A stretch of DNA of 64,000 nt. Source: a virus. Location of the stretch: positions 1 through 64,000 of the IMG/VR virus record IMGVR_UViG_3300037882_004081, one strand, 5' to 3'. The notes under the pieces were generated by a model. The model was not told where the DNA came from. It saw only the letters and a program-made list of their open reading frames with translations, and did no database searches. Of this stretch, positions 25,992 through 34,555 are shown piece after piece (the first letter of the stretch is position 1; the number at the start of each line of letters is the position of its first letter). A program made the translations under genes and the position numbers.

Positions 25992-26816
25992 TCATCCGTT
26001 CAGCAACTTAGCGACGATCGCATCGGCGCTCTCAAACTCCAGCGCCTTGATGCGGTGCGACTTGCCATCGTCATCCAGATAGAGCACTGGGTCAATCACG
26101 AACAGGTCGCCCTGCTCATCGACCAACACGTTTTCATCGTGCAGGTCTTCCACCCTCACGCCGGTCTCGGGGTTGAAGTAGTCGAATTCGGTACCCGGCA
26201 TTCTGCGGAATCCCTGCTCCGCCATGTGCCGCTCCACCTCCTGTTGGGTCGCCCCGCGCTGTCCCACCACGTGAGGCTGCGTGAATACTGGTTTCAACAT
26301 CAGCTGGCCGATAAGATTTCCACCGACCACGAACCCGCGCAGCGTGAGGGGCGCTTCCGGAAACTGGTGGTTGTGGAGTGCGACCCGGTAGAAGAACTCC
26401 AGATAGGTGCCGTGGTAGCTGAGGTCGTTGGCTTTCCACCAGACGCCCTTGTCCTCATCGAACCAAATCTGACTCTCAGTCTCTCCAAGCTCCCCCTGTT
26501 CCTTCCACTCCCCAAAGAACCAGTTTGAGTCGTAGATCAGGTTTTCACGCTTGGCCCATGCCGCCAGTTCCTTCTGTTCGGCGGCACGCAATTTGGTGTT
26601 CAGCGCGTTTCGCGCTCCTTGCCGAGCCGACCTTGACGGGATTCGCGTGAACTCCCCGTCCTGATCATTTGGTACTGTGCGATGGCATCGGAGACAGATG
26701 TCCGTCGCGGCTTGAAGCGTCGCTCCGCCAGCCCCACCATACGCCTGTTGCGCACCCGATGGGATTCTGTCAGGAGAGTATCTCGGAAGTTTGGAAATCT
26801 TGTAGGCATGATTCAT
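25992..26816 (-). CDS. Ser/Thr/Tyr kinase of the polyvalent-protein type (Kinase-PolyVal-like)
   Basis: GETESQIW..VWWKAND, LHNHQFPE..LRGF, QPHV, catalytic DLHDENVL and FVIDP; start MNHAYK. Confidence 0.85.
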   Translation of the reverse strand: MNHAYKISKLPRYSPDRIPSGAQQAYGGAGGATLQAATDICLRCHRTVPNDQDGEFTRIPSRSARQGARNALNTKLRAAEQKELAAWAKRENLIYDSNWFFGEWKEQGELGETESQIWFDEDKGVWWKANDLSYHGTYLEFFYRVALHNHQFPEAPLTLRGFVVGGNLIGQLMLKPVFTQPHVVGQRGATQQEVERHMAEQGFRRMPGTEFDYFNPETGVRVEDLHDENVLVDEQGDLFVIDPVLYLDDDGKSHRIKALEFESADAIVAKLLNG

Positions 26817-27195
26817 GGTTTGGCCCTTGTGGAGACCTAGTTTGGCGGGAGGTGGTTGGGTAGCAATCTTGGCAGTGATAAATCGAATCGAAACGTGACT
26901 TGTAGAGCCAGCACCCACATTCGATACACTTTCCGACGGGGTCTTCGTGGTCTAGAGGAAGGGGTGTGTAGGCAGCAATTGCGTATTCCCACTGATGAGC
27001 GGTCGGGTCAACGTACTTGCCATCCGGGGTCCGACACCACCAATGTGGCCGGTCTCGATTCCCAACGAACGCATGACCACGCACTAGGGCGAGTTCTGGG
27101 AACGCCTCGACCATGCGATGGCTCGCCTTTTGGCACTGACCAGCCGCCAATTCTGGAGTCGGGTAGTGCTCGATGATCCAGTCAACGTAGGTCAT
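26770..27195 (-). CDS. Hypothetical protein with Cys-His-Asp transglutaminase-like triad and C-terminal Zn ribbon
   Basis: GQCQKAS...HWWC...VDPTAHQW; CIECG...CQDC. Confidence 0.6.
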   Translation of the reverse strand: MTYVDWIIEHYPTPELAAGQCQKASHRMVEAFPELALVRGHAFVGNRDRPHWWCRTPDGKYVDPTAHQWEYAIAAYTPLPLDHEDPVGKCIECGCWLYKSRFDSIYHCQDCYPTTSRQTRSPQGPNHESCLQDFQTSEILS

Positions 27196-27425
27196 CAGAG
27201 TTCGAAGTTGTAGTGATACAGCGCGTCACTGAGGTTGGTGAATTGCTTCACGGGGATGGAATCTCCGACCCGGCACACTTCGAACGTGACCTTCGGAACT
27301 CCGCTGGCTTCGATCAACGTCACCAGCGTAATTCGGGAGACAACCCCACGCCGCTCTCCCGACAACACGCAGTTTCGCACCTTATAGGGTGCGATGTCAG
27401 CAATCTCAACAAGTTTGGTAGCCAT
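27195..27425 (-). CDS. Small early hypothetical protein, leaderless
   Basis: ATG 5 nt after TATAGT. Confidence 0.7.
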   Translation of the reverse strand: MATKLVEIADIAPYKVRNCVLSGERRGVVSRITLVTLIEASGVPKVTFEVCRVGDSIPVKQFTNLSDALYHYNFEL

Positions 27426-27430
27426 GTGTC

Positions 27431-27459
27431 ACTATAACACATCACGACCCACTTGTCAA
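27431..27459 (-). promoter_or_regulatory. Sigma70-type early promoter
   Basis: TTGACA-17 nt (TGTGT)-TATAGT. Confidence 0.9.
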
Positions 27460-27460
27460 G

Positions 27461-27883
27461 TTAGTCGGTGATGCGATGGGTGGTCGCGTCCAACACCCCG
27501 ATGCAGTGCCAGCCCGGAGGGTTGTGCGCCACCTCCCTGATGGGGACCTCCACAAACTTGTGGCCAACAGCTTTCCAGAAACGCCACTGGCTGGGACCGT
27601 ACCACACCGCCATCGGTTTATTGGTCTTGAGGCTGGTTGACAGGAGGTCAACTTGGTGCTTGCTGAACCACACTAGATCGACGACGCGACACACCTCACG
27701 GTCCGTCATGATAAGCGGGAGTCGGAGGCGGGCGCGGGTCAGTGCCAACCAAGTTGACGGTTTCACGGTCAGGGACGCCCTTTCGAGCGTCAAAACCGGG
27801 CCACCGGGACGAAGACGCCTGAGGGAGTCGCTGATTCCAGGACTCTCCCGCGCCACGATCGTAGTGATTTCAGTCGTGCTCAT
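27461..27883 (-). CDS. Hypothetical protein, probably leaderless
   Basis: MSTTEIT start 7 nt after TATAGT. Confidence 0.65.
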   Translation of the reverse strand: MSTTEITTIVARESPGISDSLRRLRPGGPVLTLERASLTVKPSTWLALTRARLRLPLIMTDREVCRVVDLVWFSKHQVDLLSTSLKTNKPMAVWYGPSQWRFWKAVGHKFVEVPIREVAHNPPGWHCIGVLDATTHRITD

Positions 27884-27890
27884 ACCAACA

Positions 27891-27918
27891 ACTATACTTG
27901 TCAGAGGCTCGTTGTCAA
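27891..27918 (-). promoter_or_regulatory. Sigma70-type promoter
   Basis: TTGACA-16 nt-TATAGT. Confidence 0.75.
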
Positions 27919-27978
27919 GCACGAGTTTTTATTGGGTTGCATAATGGACTTCCCCAATCTTTATGAGACCATCCCCAA

Positions 27979-28197
27979 TCAAGGCACCCAGTCGAGCGTC
28001 ACCATTACGCGAACCTCCTGCCCCTTTGGCACTCCATCTTCCACACGCTCCCGCGCCGTCATTTCCGGACCACGTTTCCACGAACGCATGCTACCGGCTT
28101 CGACAGACCACCCGCGATAACGGAGACCGCGTTCATTAGATGCGCAGGAAACCGTTAAGACGGCTGTAACAGCTATGGCAATGGTGCGAAGTCTCAC
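27979..28197 (-). CDS. Small putative lipoprotein
   Basis: MRLRTIAIAVTAVLTVSC signal peptide and lipobox. Confidence 0.6.
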   Translation of the reverse strand: MRLRTIAIAVTAVLTVSCASNERGLRYRGWSVEAGSMRSWKRGPEMTARERVEDGVPKGQEVRVMVTLDWVP

Positions 28198-28205
28198 CAA
28201 GAGAC

Positions 28206-28430
28206 CTAATCCCGCGCCATATTGAGCGTATCCCGCATTACGTGCACCCTGTCATATAGGCGGCGAACCCCTTTGTACCCACGCGGGAGCGACTGGATCA
28301 AACCCTGCACGTCGTCTATCTTCGTGCATTTGGCCATCTCCTGATTGACGAACTCGTTGAGCACCGTTTCTTTCCTTTCGAGGGTATCAACCGCTTCCGA
28401 GAAATCAGCGATGGCTTGGGCGATGTTCAT
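28206..28430 (-). CDS. Small helical hypothetical protein
   Basis: Start re-assigned to MNIAQAI. Confidence 0.6.
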   Translation of the reverse strand: MNIAQAIADFSEAVDTLERKETVLNEFVNQEMAKCTKIDDVQGLIQSLPRGYKGVRRLYDRVHVMRDTLNMARD

Positions 28431-28455
28431 TTGGCGATAGCACAGTTGGAACCTG

Positions 28456-29313
28456 TCAGCGAGCACTTCCGAGTTGGGTGGACTGTTTGAAGCTCTGCAC
28501 GAAATTCGCTTCGAATGTGTGAGGTGGGATACAGAGTTCGATACCGCGCTCCGAGTCGTCATCAAGCCTTAGGTAGTACCATCCGGGTTTCGGTTGGTAC
28601 GCCTTAATAACCGCATCTGGCACGTCGTCAACAATAGTCGAACGGGCGATACCAGCCAGCGTGAGACACCACGTATCCCGACCGGCGTTCTGGCTGACTT
28701 CCTCAATACGACCCGCTGACACCTCATCCCGCGTCCGCCATGACTTCATGCCTTTATTGCCAATTGGGTTGAGAGTGTCTGGCATCCGGCGATCCGCGAT
28801 TGCCCCCATCGCCAGATGAACTTGCACGTGGATTTCGGAGGCCGCGCCATAGTTGTCGATGACGTGGTGGGCAATCTCCTTGAGACTGTAGTCGGTATTA
28901 TCCGACACCCCCTGATCCTGACGGTCCACCCACAACAGGACTATTTGCGGATAGAGCGAGAGAAGCGCCTTGTATTCGGAGACCCGACGGATTCCGCTGA
29001 TCACCTGATAGCCGCGATCGATAAGACCCATCGCAAGGGCGGCTGGGTTGGCTTCGCACAGCCGGTCTCCAGTCTCGATCATCTCGGGGCGCATTTGCTC
29101 CTTGGGTGACGTCCGGATGTGGTTGATGGCGGACGCTAGATCGCTGAAGTCCCCACGTTTCACTCGCACTCTCGCCATTTCATCGACGATAATGTCGCTG
29201 GTCTCACCAGCTTTGACGGTAAGACGATCCGCCAGCATTTTGGCAATTGTGGACTTACCAGATCGAGGACCACCTGTGATAACAATCAGGTGCGGTGCAT
29301 AAGAGGCAGGCAT
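28456..29313 (-). CDS. Deoxynucleoside monophosphate kinase-like P-loop protein with extra C-terminal domain
   Basis: IVITGGPRSGKST; KEQMRPEMIETGD; VISGIRRVSE; WVDR. Confidence 0.8.
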   Translation of the reverse strand: MPASYAPHLIVITGGPRSGKSTIAKMLADRLTVKAGETSDIIVDEMARVRVKRGDFSDLASAINHIRTSPKEQMRPEMIETGDRLCEANPAALAMGLIDRGYQVISGIRRVSEYKALLSLYPQIVLLWVDRQDQGVSDNTDYSLKEIAHHVIDNYGAASEIHVQVHLAMGAIADRRMPDTLNPIGNKGMKSWRTRDEVSAGRIEEVSQNAGRDTWCLTLAGIARSTIVDDVPDAVIKAYQPKPGWYYLRLDDDSERGIELCIPPHTFEANFVQSFKQSTQLGSAR

Positions 29314-29613
29314 GGTAGAGGAAGCAGAAAGGTTGCTGATGGTGTGATGAACTTGCAGTGAAAGGGTCCGTCTTGGACGATCGTGCCCCTACCGTATCCC
29401 GCTATAGACCACTCCACCCCCGATCTTTCAGGGCATGATTCAGATAGCCTTGGGGCAACGGAGTCCAGGGTGAGTTTGAGCGCACACACATAATCGGTGC
29501 CTCCATGAAGGGCTTTTGATACCCGCCGTGCATCTCTCCACGCTATTTCAACCTTTTGGACCGGAACTCCAATGAAAGGCGCTAGCGTTTTCGCCGTATT
29601 TCCAGCGGTCACG

Positions 29614-30150
29614 TTAGGCGGCGGCGGAGATCGGCGACATACCGTCGAACGACGAGAGCAGATAGCGGAGTGCTTCACACTGTTCCGGTGTGACGAGACG
29701 ACTGCCCACCCAAACCCTCACATTACCATCGGGTTCCACACTCCTGGCGAAATTAGAGACGCCGTGCTGTTCGGAGTTTGGTGGCAACGCGGCTTTCCAC
29801 TCCATCGTAATGCTCCGTACCCGTGATGTCAATGCCTGAAGTGCGTGCCGGTTGACTGGAGCACGCATTGGTGGCATCTTGGTTTCGTTCACCTTGTCGG
29901 ACCAAGCCGTATCGACCTTTTTCGTGCGGAGCGTCACACCGACAGCCCCAGAACTTTCATCCTCAACAACGTCTATCACCATGAACGCAACCAGCATGTC
30001 GTTGGTGGTCAACGCCCATCGTGTCGTGCCCGCTTGTTCTTCGCCTGTCCCCAGTGTGGCCAACTGTTCTTTATCATGAACAAGTTGGAAACCAACGCTG
30101 GTGCCGAGTCTCGCAACAGACTCCCGGATTTGCTCAAGTGTGTTTGTCAT
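29614..30150 (-). CDS. Hypothetical protein
   Basis: N-terminus MTNTLEQIRES; preceded by TAGGTTT. Confidence 0.65.
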   Translation of the reverse strand: MTNTLEQIRESVARLGTSVGFQLVHDKEQLATLGTGEEQAGTTRWALTTNDMLVAFMVIDVVEDESSGAVGVTLRTKKVDTAWSDKVNETKMPPMRAPVNRHALQALTSRVRSITMEWKAALPPNSEQHGVSNFARSVEPDGNVRVWVGSRLVTPEQCEALRYLLSSFDGMSPISAAA

Positions 30151-30213
30151 GCTAGTTCGGAGAAACCTAGTTTCAGTGTATGTTGGGAATGTGATGAAGT
30201 CCCCATCATTAGG

Positions 30214-30966
30214 CTACTCGTCGGACTTCACAGGAGTGTTCTCAGCTTGCTTCGCTGACGCTTCCTTCAAGATATGTGCGATACGTTCCAACGTCTTCAC
30301 GACACGGTTTCGACTTGGTGCGTTCAGTAGTGGCACCTTAGTAGCCTCTTCCTGTTTGCTGAGCGCGGAGTCGCTTGGTGCTGAAACTGGTGGTGTATCC
30401 GATAGGTGCTTCAACGTGGCGCGCATCTCCTTCTGCAACAACCCGTATAACGTGATGAGTTCGCCGGGTTCAAGGTTGTTAACCCCGATCTCTTCAAAGA
30501 GCCGGTGTTCTACCGACTCCAGACGAGCACCCATGCGACCAATCTGCGCATACTGAAACGCACGACCGACCATGATCATTAGGTCGGATTTTTCGCGTGC
30601 AGATTGAAGTTGCCACTTTAAAGCCGCCTCAAGCTCTGGCGACATCCTGGTGCCGGTCGTAATCGCAGCCGCCACACCTTTCAGCATTTGCGCCTCCGCA
30701 CTCATCTCGGGAGCACGGTGGGGGATGAGTGCGCTCCACGGGGTACCTTCCCCGCCATCGCGTGGCACAGAAGCAGCTGCTGGTAGGCTGTGTTCGTGCA
30801 TGACCTGTAAGGCCATTGTCTCTCTGGTCCTCTCTGAAATCCACCTACCTGCTGTCTCTTCGTCACCGAAGGTCTGCACATGGGCGACCACGTTTCCGTC
30901 CATCACTCGCACCAAGAAGGTGCCGTCTTCTTGTGGAAACGGACCTTCATATGCGAGCCAACTCAT
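30214..30966 (-). CDS. Hypothetical protein with helical C-terminal half
   Basis: ATGA-coupled ORF; no recognised motif. Confidence 0.65.
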   Translation of the reverse strand: MSWLAYEGPFPQEDGTFLVRVMDGNVVAHVQTFGDEETAGRWISERTRETMALQVMHEHSLPAAASVPRDGGEGTPWSALIPHRAPEMSAEAQMLKGVAAAITTGTRMSPELEAALKWQLQSAREKSDLMIMVGRAFQYAQIGRMGARLESVEHRLFEEIGVNNLEPGELITLYGLLQKEMRATLKHLSDTPPVSAPSDSALSKQEEATKVPLLNAPSRNRVVKTLERIAHILKEASAKQAENTPVKSDE

Positions 30967-31595
30967 GCGTTCAGATTCTGACCGTTCTTCTGAGCAAAGT
31001 AGGCGTTACAAGCCGCTGGGCTGGGGAATCGTTGACCATCATACTCCACCTGGGCGGTGCCGTCGATGGTCGTCATGATCGCACCGGGAGGAAGAGCGCG
31101 TGGCTGTACCGATCCGGTGAGTTGCGAAACATCCGTGGTGCCGTGAACCGGAGCGGCGTCAGCGGTGACATGAGTGGTTGGCTTGTCGGGGAACTTGGGT
31201 GCCGATTGGGCTTCACCTGGGCGCTTTGGCAACGCTTGTTTGGTGCGCACTGAATCTCGACGCTGAACCGCGAGCGCATTGAAGTTCTTGAACTTCGGAT
31301 TGTCGAAGCGAATGCGGCTGATGATGCCTTGGGCGACCAGCGTTTCCAACGCCGCGTGGTGATCAACGAGCAGACCGGTATCGCGGTCGATGACTGGTTG
31401 TCCTGGATTCAGCGCCACCGAGCGACCCCCAATCGTGCAGTGAACCGGCATTTGACGAGTGTTCATGTACCCGATGTACATGGGCTGATCGGCGGTTTGG
31501 GTGCCTTCGGGTGCGTTTGGGTCCATGGGTTGGTTGGTGGGCGCAGGTTTTGCTTGTTTTTGCGCCGGGTTTGGCTTTGGTGGCTTCACGGTCAT
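30963..31595 (-). CDS. Hypothetical Pro/Gln-rich protein
   Basis: Clean 210-aa ORF. Confidence 0.7.
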   Translation of the reverse strand: MTVKPPKPNPAQKQAKPAPTNQPMDPNAPEGTQTADQPMYIGYMNTRQMPVHCTIGGRSVALNPGQPVIDRDTGLLVDHHAALETLVAQGIISRIRFDNPKFKNFNALAVQRRDSVRTKQALPKRPGEAQSAPKFPDKPTTHVTADAAPVHGTTDVSQLTGSVQPRALPPGAIMTTIDGTAQVEYDGQRFPSPAACNAYFAQKNGQNLNA

Positions 31596-31711
31596 GAAAG
31601 GAGTTGGTTATGCTATCACAAACCAAGAAAAGGGGTGCGCCACCAAAACCCACCACACAGCCGTCAGCCCTTAGAGTTTAAGGCTGACGTAAACGAATAC
31701 CACCCAACGGC

Positions 31712-31873
31712 TTAACCGTTGAGGACTTGCTTGGCCACAAACCGCTTTTCACCGCTGCTCTCTGTCAGCGCTTTATTGCGCTTATCGGCTTCCTGATTGG
31801 CCTCAACCAATGTGGGTTTCGAGTCAACCACTTCACCAGTTGATTGATCTCTTACAACATATCGTTCACTCAT
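31712..31873 (-). CDS. 53-aa protein ending KQVLNG
   Basis: Translated by hand: MSERYVVRDQSTGEVVDSKPTLVEANQEADKRNKALTESSGEKRFVAKQVLNG; ATGA-coupled. Confidence 0.7.
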   Translation of the reverse strand: MSERYVVRDQSTGEVVDSKPTLVEANQEADKRNKALTESSGEKRFVAKQVLNG

Positions 31874-32187
31874 GATCCTCTTAGTTTGCGTGGTTTAAAA
31901 ACCCAACGTGTTTTCGCGCCGATCAGGAAGTGTTGGTCACTTCCGCTGGCGCGCTTCTTAAGGTTGAAGCGAATCGACCTTGGTCCATCTTCACGTGGGA
32001 CTAAGCTGAAAGTCCCCATGTCGACTTCCTGTTCGTTCGCTATTTTCCAACGAATCCACGAGACTACCGCACGGAATGCGTCACGTGCTTCTGTTGGTTC
32101 CATTCCGCTTTGCGCAATGATCTCTTCAACAGCAGTACGTGCATAAACTCGTCGGTGTTCGTTGTCTCCAAAAAAGTTATCTGGCAT
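31870..32187 (-). CDS. Divergent HU/IHF-like DNA-binding protein
   Basis: Two helices, then EVDMGTFSLVPR..arm..VFKP, matching the HU fold layout. Confidence 0.5.
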   Translation of the reverse strand: MPDNFFGDNEHRRVYARTAVEEIIAQSGMEPTEARDAFRAVVSWIRWKIANEQEVDMGTFSLVPREDGPRSIRFNLKKRASGSDQHFLIGAKTRWVFKPRKLRGS

Positions 32188-32259
32188 TATGGCGTTTAGG
32201 TATGGGGTGCCTAGCGTCGACTAATCGCCAGAAAACCTAGTCGTCGTTCTCAGCTTTCA

Positions 32260-33444
32260 ATGCCCGGTGGACCCAAAGGACATCAATGGCTAGGGCCATT
32301 TAAAGGAGTAGTAGAACAACGCAATGACCCGCAAAGGGCAATGCGAATCAAGGTTCGTGTAACCGGGATTCACGGACCAGAGGTAGCGGTGGACAAGTTA
32401 CCGTGGGCACTGCCGGATTCGAAAGCATGGAAAGGCGGCGGGTTCCTTGGCGTTCCACCTCTAGGCAGCGTAGTGTGGGTGAAGTTTGAGGGTGAAGGCG
32501 ATCACGCTTATCCGGTGTGGAGTGGAGGTATCTGGCCGGAACACTTCGTGACAGATCGAGAGAAGCCGGTGAGGAGCAGTTGGTTTGGCAGCGACAAGCC
32601 GCACGATAAGGGCAGTCCGCTCAGGCCAGATCCGGTGAAGGGCGATCCGTCGCTGGCACCAAACGTCTTTGGTTACATCTCGCCGTTGCAGAAGACGATC
32701 GAACTCGATGACCGCAAGAAGCGCGAGAAGATCCTGTTGAGTGACCAACTTGGAAACTGCCTCTTTTTCAACACTGAAGCTGGCGGTTTCACGATGGAGG
32801 CGATATCGGGTCACCAAAGTGAGCAGGAAAAGCCCCGTGGTCTCACCGTGCTGTCGGATGCGACCAACGAAAAGGAAGCTTGGCAGTTCTATTCGGCGGC
32901 TGGCTGGCTCGTAGGTCAAGACGATCTCGCCAAAAGCTTCCGAGTTTCCAGCCCAGCCGGTTTCCACGTGTCGGTTGATGAAGAGCGCGACAAGGTTGAG
33001 ATCGTCACGCCAAACGGTGTCAGGCTCACCATCAACAACGAAGCCAAGTCCATTCGGTGCGACACGCCAGCTGGGCGTCTCATGGAAATCAGGGATGGCA
33101 GCGGGGGTGACGGCAGGATCATCATGAAGGGCGCAACAGAGGGCACTTATCTGCAGATCACGGAGACGGGTGGTGAGGCCAATGTGGAGATGCGCAGCGC
33201 TGGCAACATGTCGATCAAGGCGGTTGGCACCCTCACGTTCGCCTCTGGTGGTGACACAGTATTTTTGGCCGAATCGGTCCTCAGTTTCCAACCTGAGGGG
33301 GTTCCAGTTGACGTTTCCAACACAGACGCCGGGACCGACGAACTTTCGACCCTCAGTGACCACGAGCAGCTTCCGAAAGCTTGGGAGTACTCGTGTTTTT
33401 CAGATCCGGTAAAGGCAGGAGGTGCTGCCACCCCGAACGCTTAG
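32260..33444 (+). CDS. Baseplate central spike, gp5/Vgr-like (OB-fold plus beta-helix, no lysozyme domain seen)
   Basis: GVVEQRNDPQRAMRIKVRV.GIH...LPWA, PPLGSVVWVKFE.GD..YPVW; repeated (S/T)PxG beta strands. Confidence 0.9.
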   Translation: MPGGPKGHQWLGPFKGVVEQRNDPQRAMRIKVRVTGIHGPEVAVDKLPWALPDSKAWKGGGFLGVPPLGSVVWVKFEGEGDHAYPVWSGGIWPEHFVTDREKPVRSSWFGSDKPHDKGSPLRPDPVKGDPSLAPNVFGYISPLQKTIELDDRKKREKILLSDQLGNCLFFNTEAGGFTMEAISGHQSEQEKPRGLTVLSDATNEKEAWQFYSAAGWLVGQDDLAKSFRVSSPAGFHVSVDEERDKVEIVTPNGVRLTINNEAKSIRCDTPAGRLMEIRDGSGGDGRIIMKGATEGTYLQITETGGEANVEMRSAGNMSIKAVGTLTFASGGDTVFLAESVLSFQPEGVPVDVSNTDAGTDELSTLSDHEQLPKAWEYSCFSDPVKAGGAATPNA

Positions 33445-33475
33445 CAGTTTCGAACGGATGCCCCAACGTTCGTAC

Positions 33476-33504
33476 TTGACAAACGCAAATCGATAGTATA
33501 AAAT
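33476..33504 (+). promoter_or_regulatory. Sigma70-type promoter for primase
   Basis: TTGACA-17 nt-TAAAAT. Confidence 0.75.
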
Positions 33505-33530
33505 GCGGACGCCCCATCCGTAAAAACCCT

Positions 33531-34550
33531 GTGCTCCCCAGTGCTCATCTCATTGACACCCTAGAGGCTCGCTTCGGCGAGGGCTCTTGGATCGCCCCCA
33601 ACGGGGAGATCCAGGTTCGCTGTCCCAGCTGTCACCGTCGAGGAATGTCCGCCGACACCGGGGGGCACTTGGGACTGAACCTCGAACGCAACGTGGGACA
33701 TTGCGTCCGGTGTGACTGGGGCACCAAGAACCTACGTGAGTGGCTTCTCAAGAACGGGGTCGATCCTGGGCAGTTCATCACGATCAGCGACTTTTCGTTG
33801 GGCATCTTCGATTCGTTCGTCCAGAAGAAGCAGTTGGCTGAATACCGGACACAAGCTCTGGATCTCCCCCGCAACACCGTCCAGCTTGATCCACAGGACT
33901 GGGAGTCAGACGATCCTTACGCGGGGAGCCTCATCAAGAAACGGCTCACGTACGACGAGGTGCAGTATTGGCCACTTGGCGCATGCCGGTCCGGGTATTT
34001 CGAGGGGTATGTGATTTTCCCGTTCATTGAGGACAACACGGTCGTCTATTGGCAGGGCCGCGCCATCAACCCGGAAGCCAAGCTCCGCAAGCTGAATCCT
34101 CGCAAGCAGGATTGTTCACTCGGGAAGAGTCACTGGCTGTACGGGTATCCGTTCGCTCAGCGTGAGCACCACCTGTACTTGGTCGAGGGAACACTAGACC
34201 AGATTTCGCTGCAGAATTGGCTATGGAAGAATAAAGGGCTTGATCACACTGCACTTGCAATCAACGGAACCTCGCTTAGCTTCCCCCATGAGGACCAGCA
34301 CCCGCTCAACAGCCAATTCGGGCAGATCGTGGCGCTCAAGCCGTCCTCTTTGACTTTCATGTTCGATGCCGATGCCTACCACAAAGCCGAGGGCTTGGCC
34401 CAAGTGTGCTCAATGGCTGGCATCTCAAGCAAAGCCGGACGTTTGGTCGGCAAAGACCCAAACGACACAGATCACCAAGACCTTAGCGCGGCAGTGTCCG
34501 CCAATGGCTTTGAGTGGATGCAATTGGCGCTCCAAAGAGCCCGCTACTAG
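33531..34550 (+). CDS. DNA primase (Zn-binding plus TOPRIM)
   Basis: CPSC...HCVRC; VIFPF...YWQGRAI; LYLVEGTLD; FMFDADA. Confidence 0.9.
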   Translation: MLPSAHLIDTLEARFGEGSWIAPNGEIQVRCPSCHRRGMSADTGGHLGLNLERNVGHCVRCDWGTKNLREWLLKNGVDPGQFITISDFSLGIFDSFVQKKQLAEYRTQALDLPRNTVQLDPQDWESDDPYAGSLIKKRLTYDEVQYWPLGACRSGYFEGYVIFPFIEDNTVVYWQGRAINPEAKLRKLNPRKQDCSLGKSHWLYGYPFAQREHHLYLVEGTLDQISLQNWLWKNKGLDHTALAINGTSLSFPHEDQHPLNSQFGQIVALKPSSLTFMFDADAYHKAEGLAQVCSMAGISSKAGRLVGKDPNDTDHQDLSAAVSANGFEWMQLALQRARY

Positions 34551-34555
34551 ACCTT

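Noticed and set aside
29286-29678. 130-aa ORF between the kinase and 29614-30150
   Set aside because: The 3' part is probably coding, but the start could not be placed and it overlaps both neighbours.
30214-30966. Terminase small subunit call
   Set aside because: Helical profile fits, but there is no motif and no adjacent large subunit.
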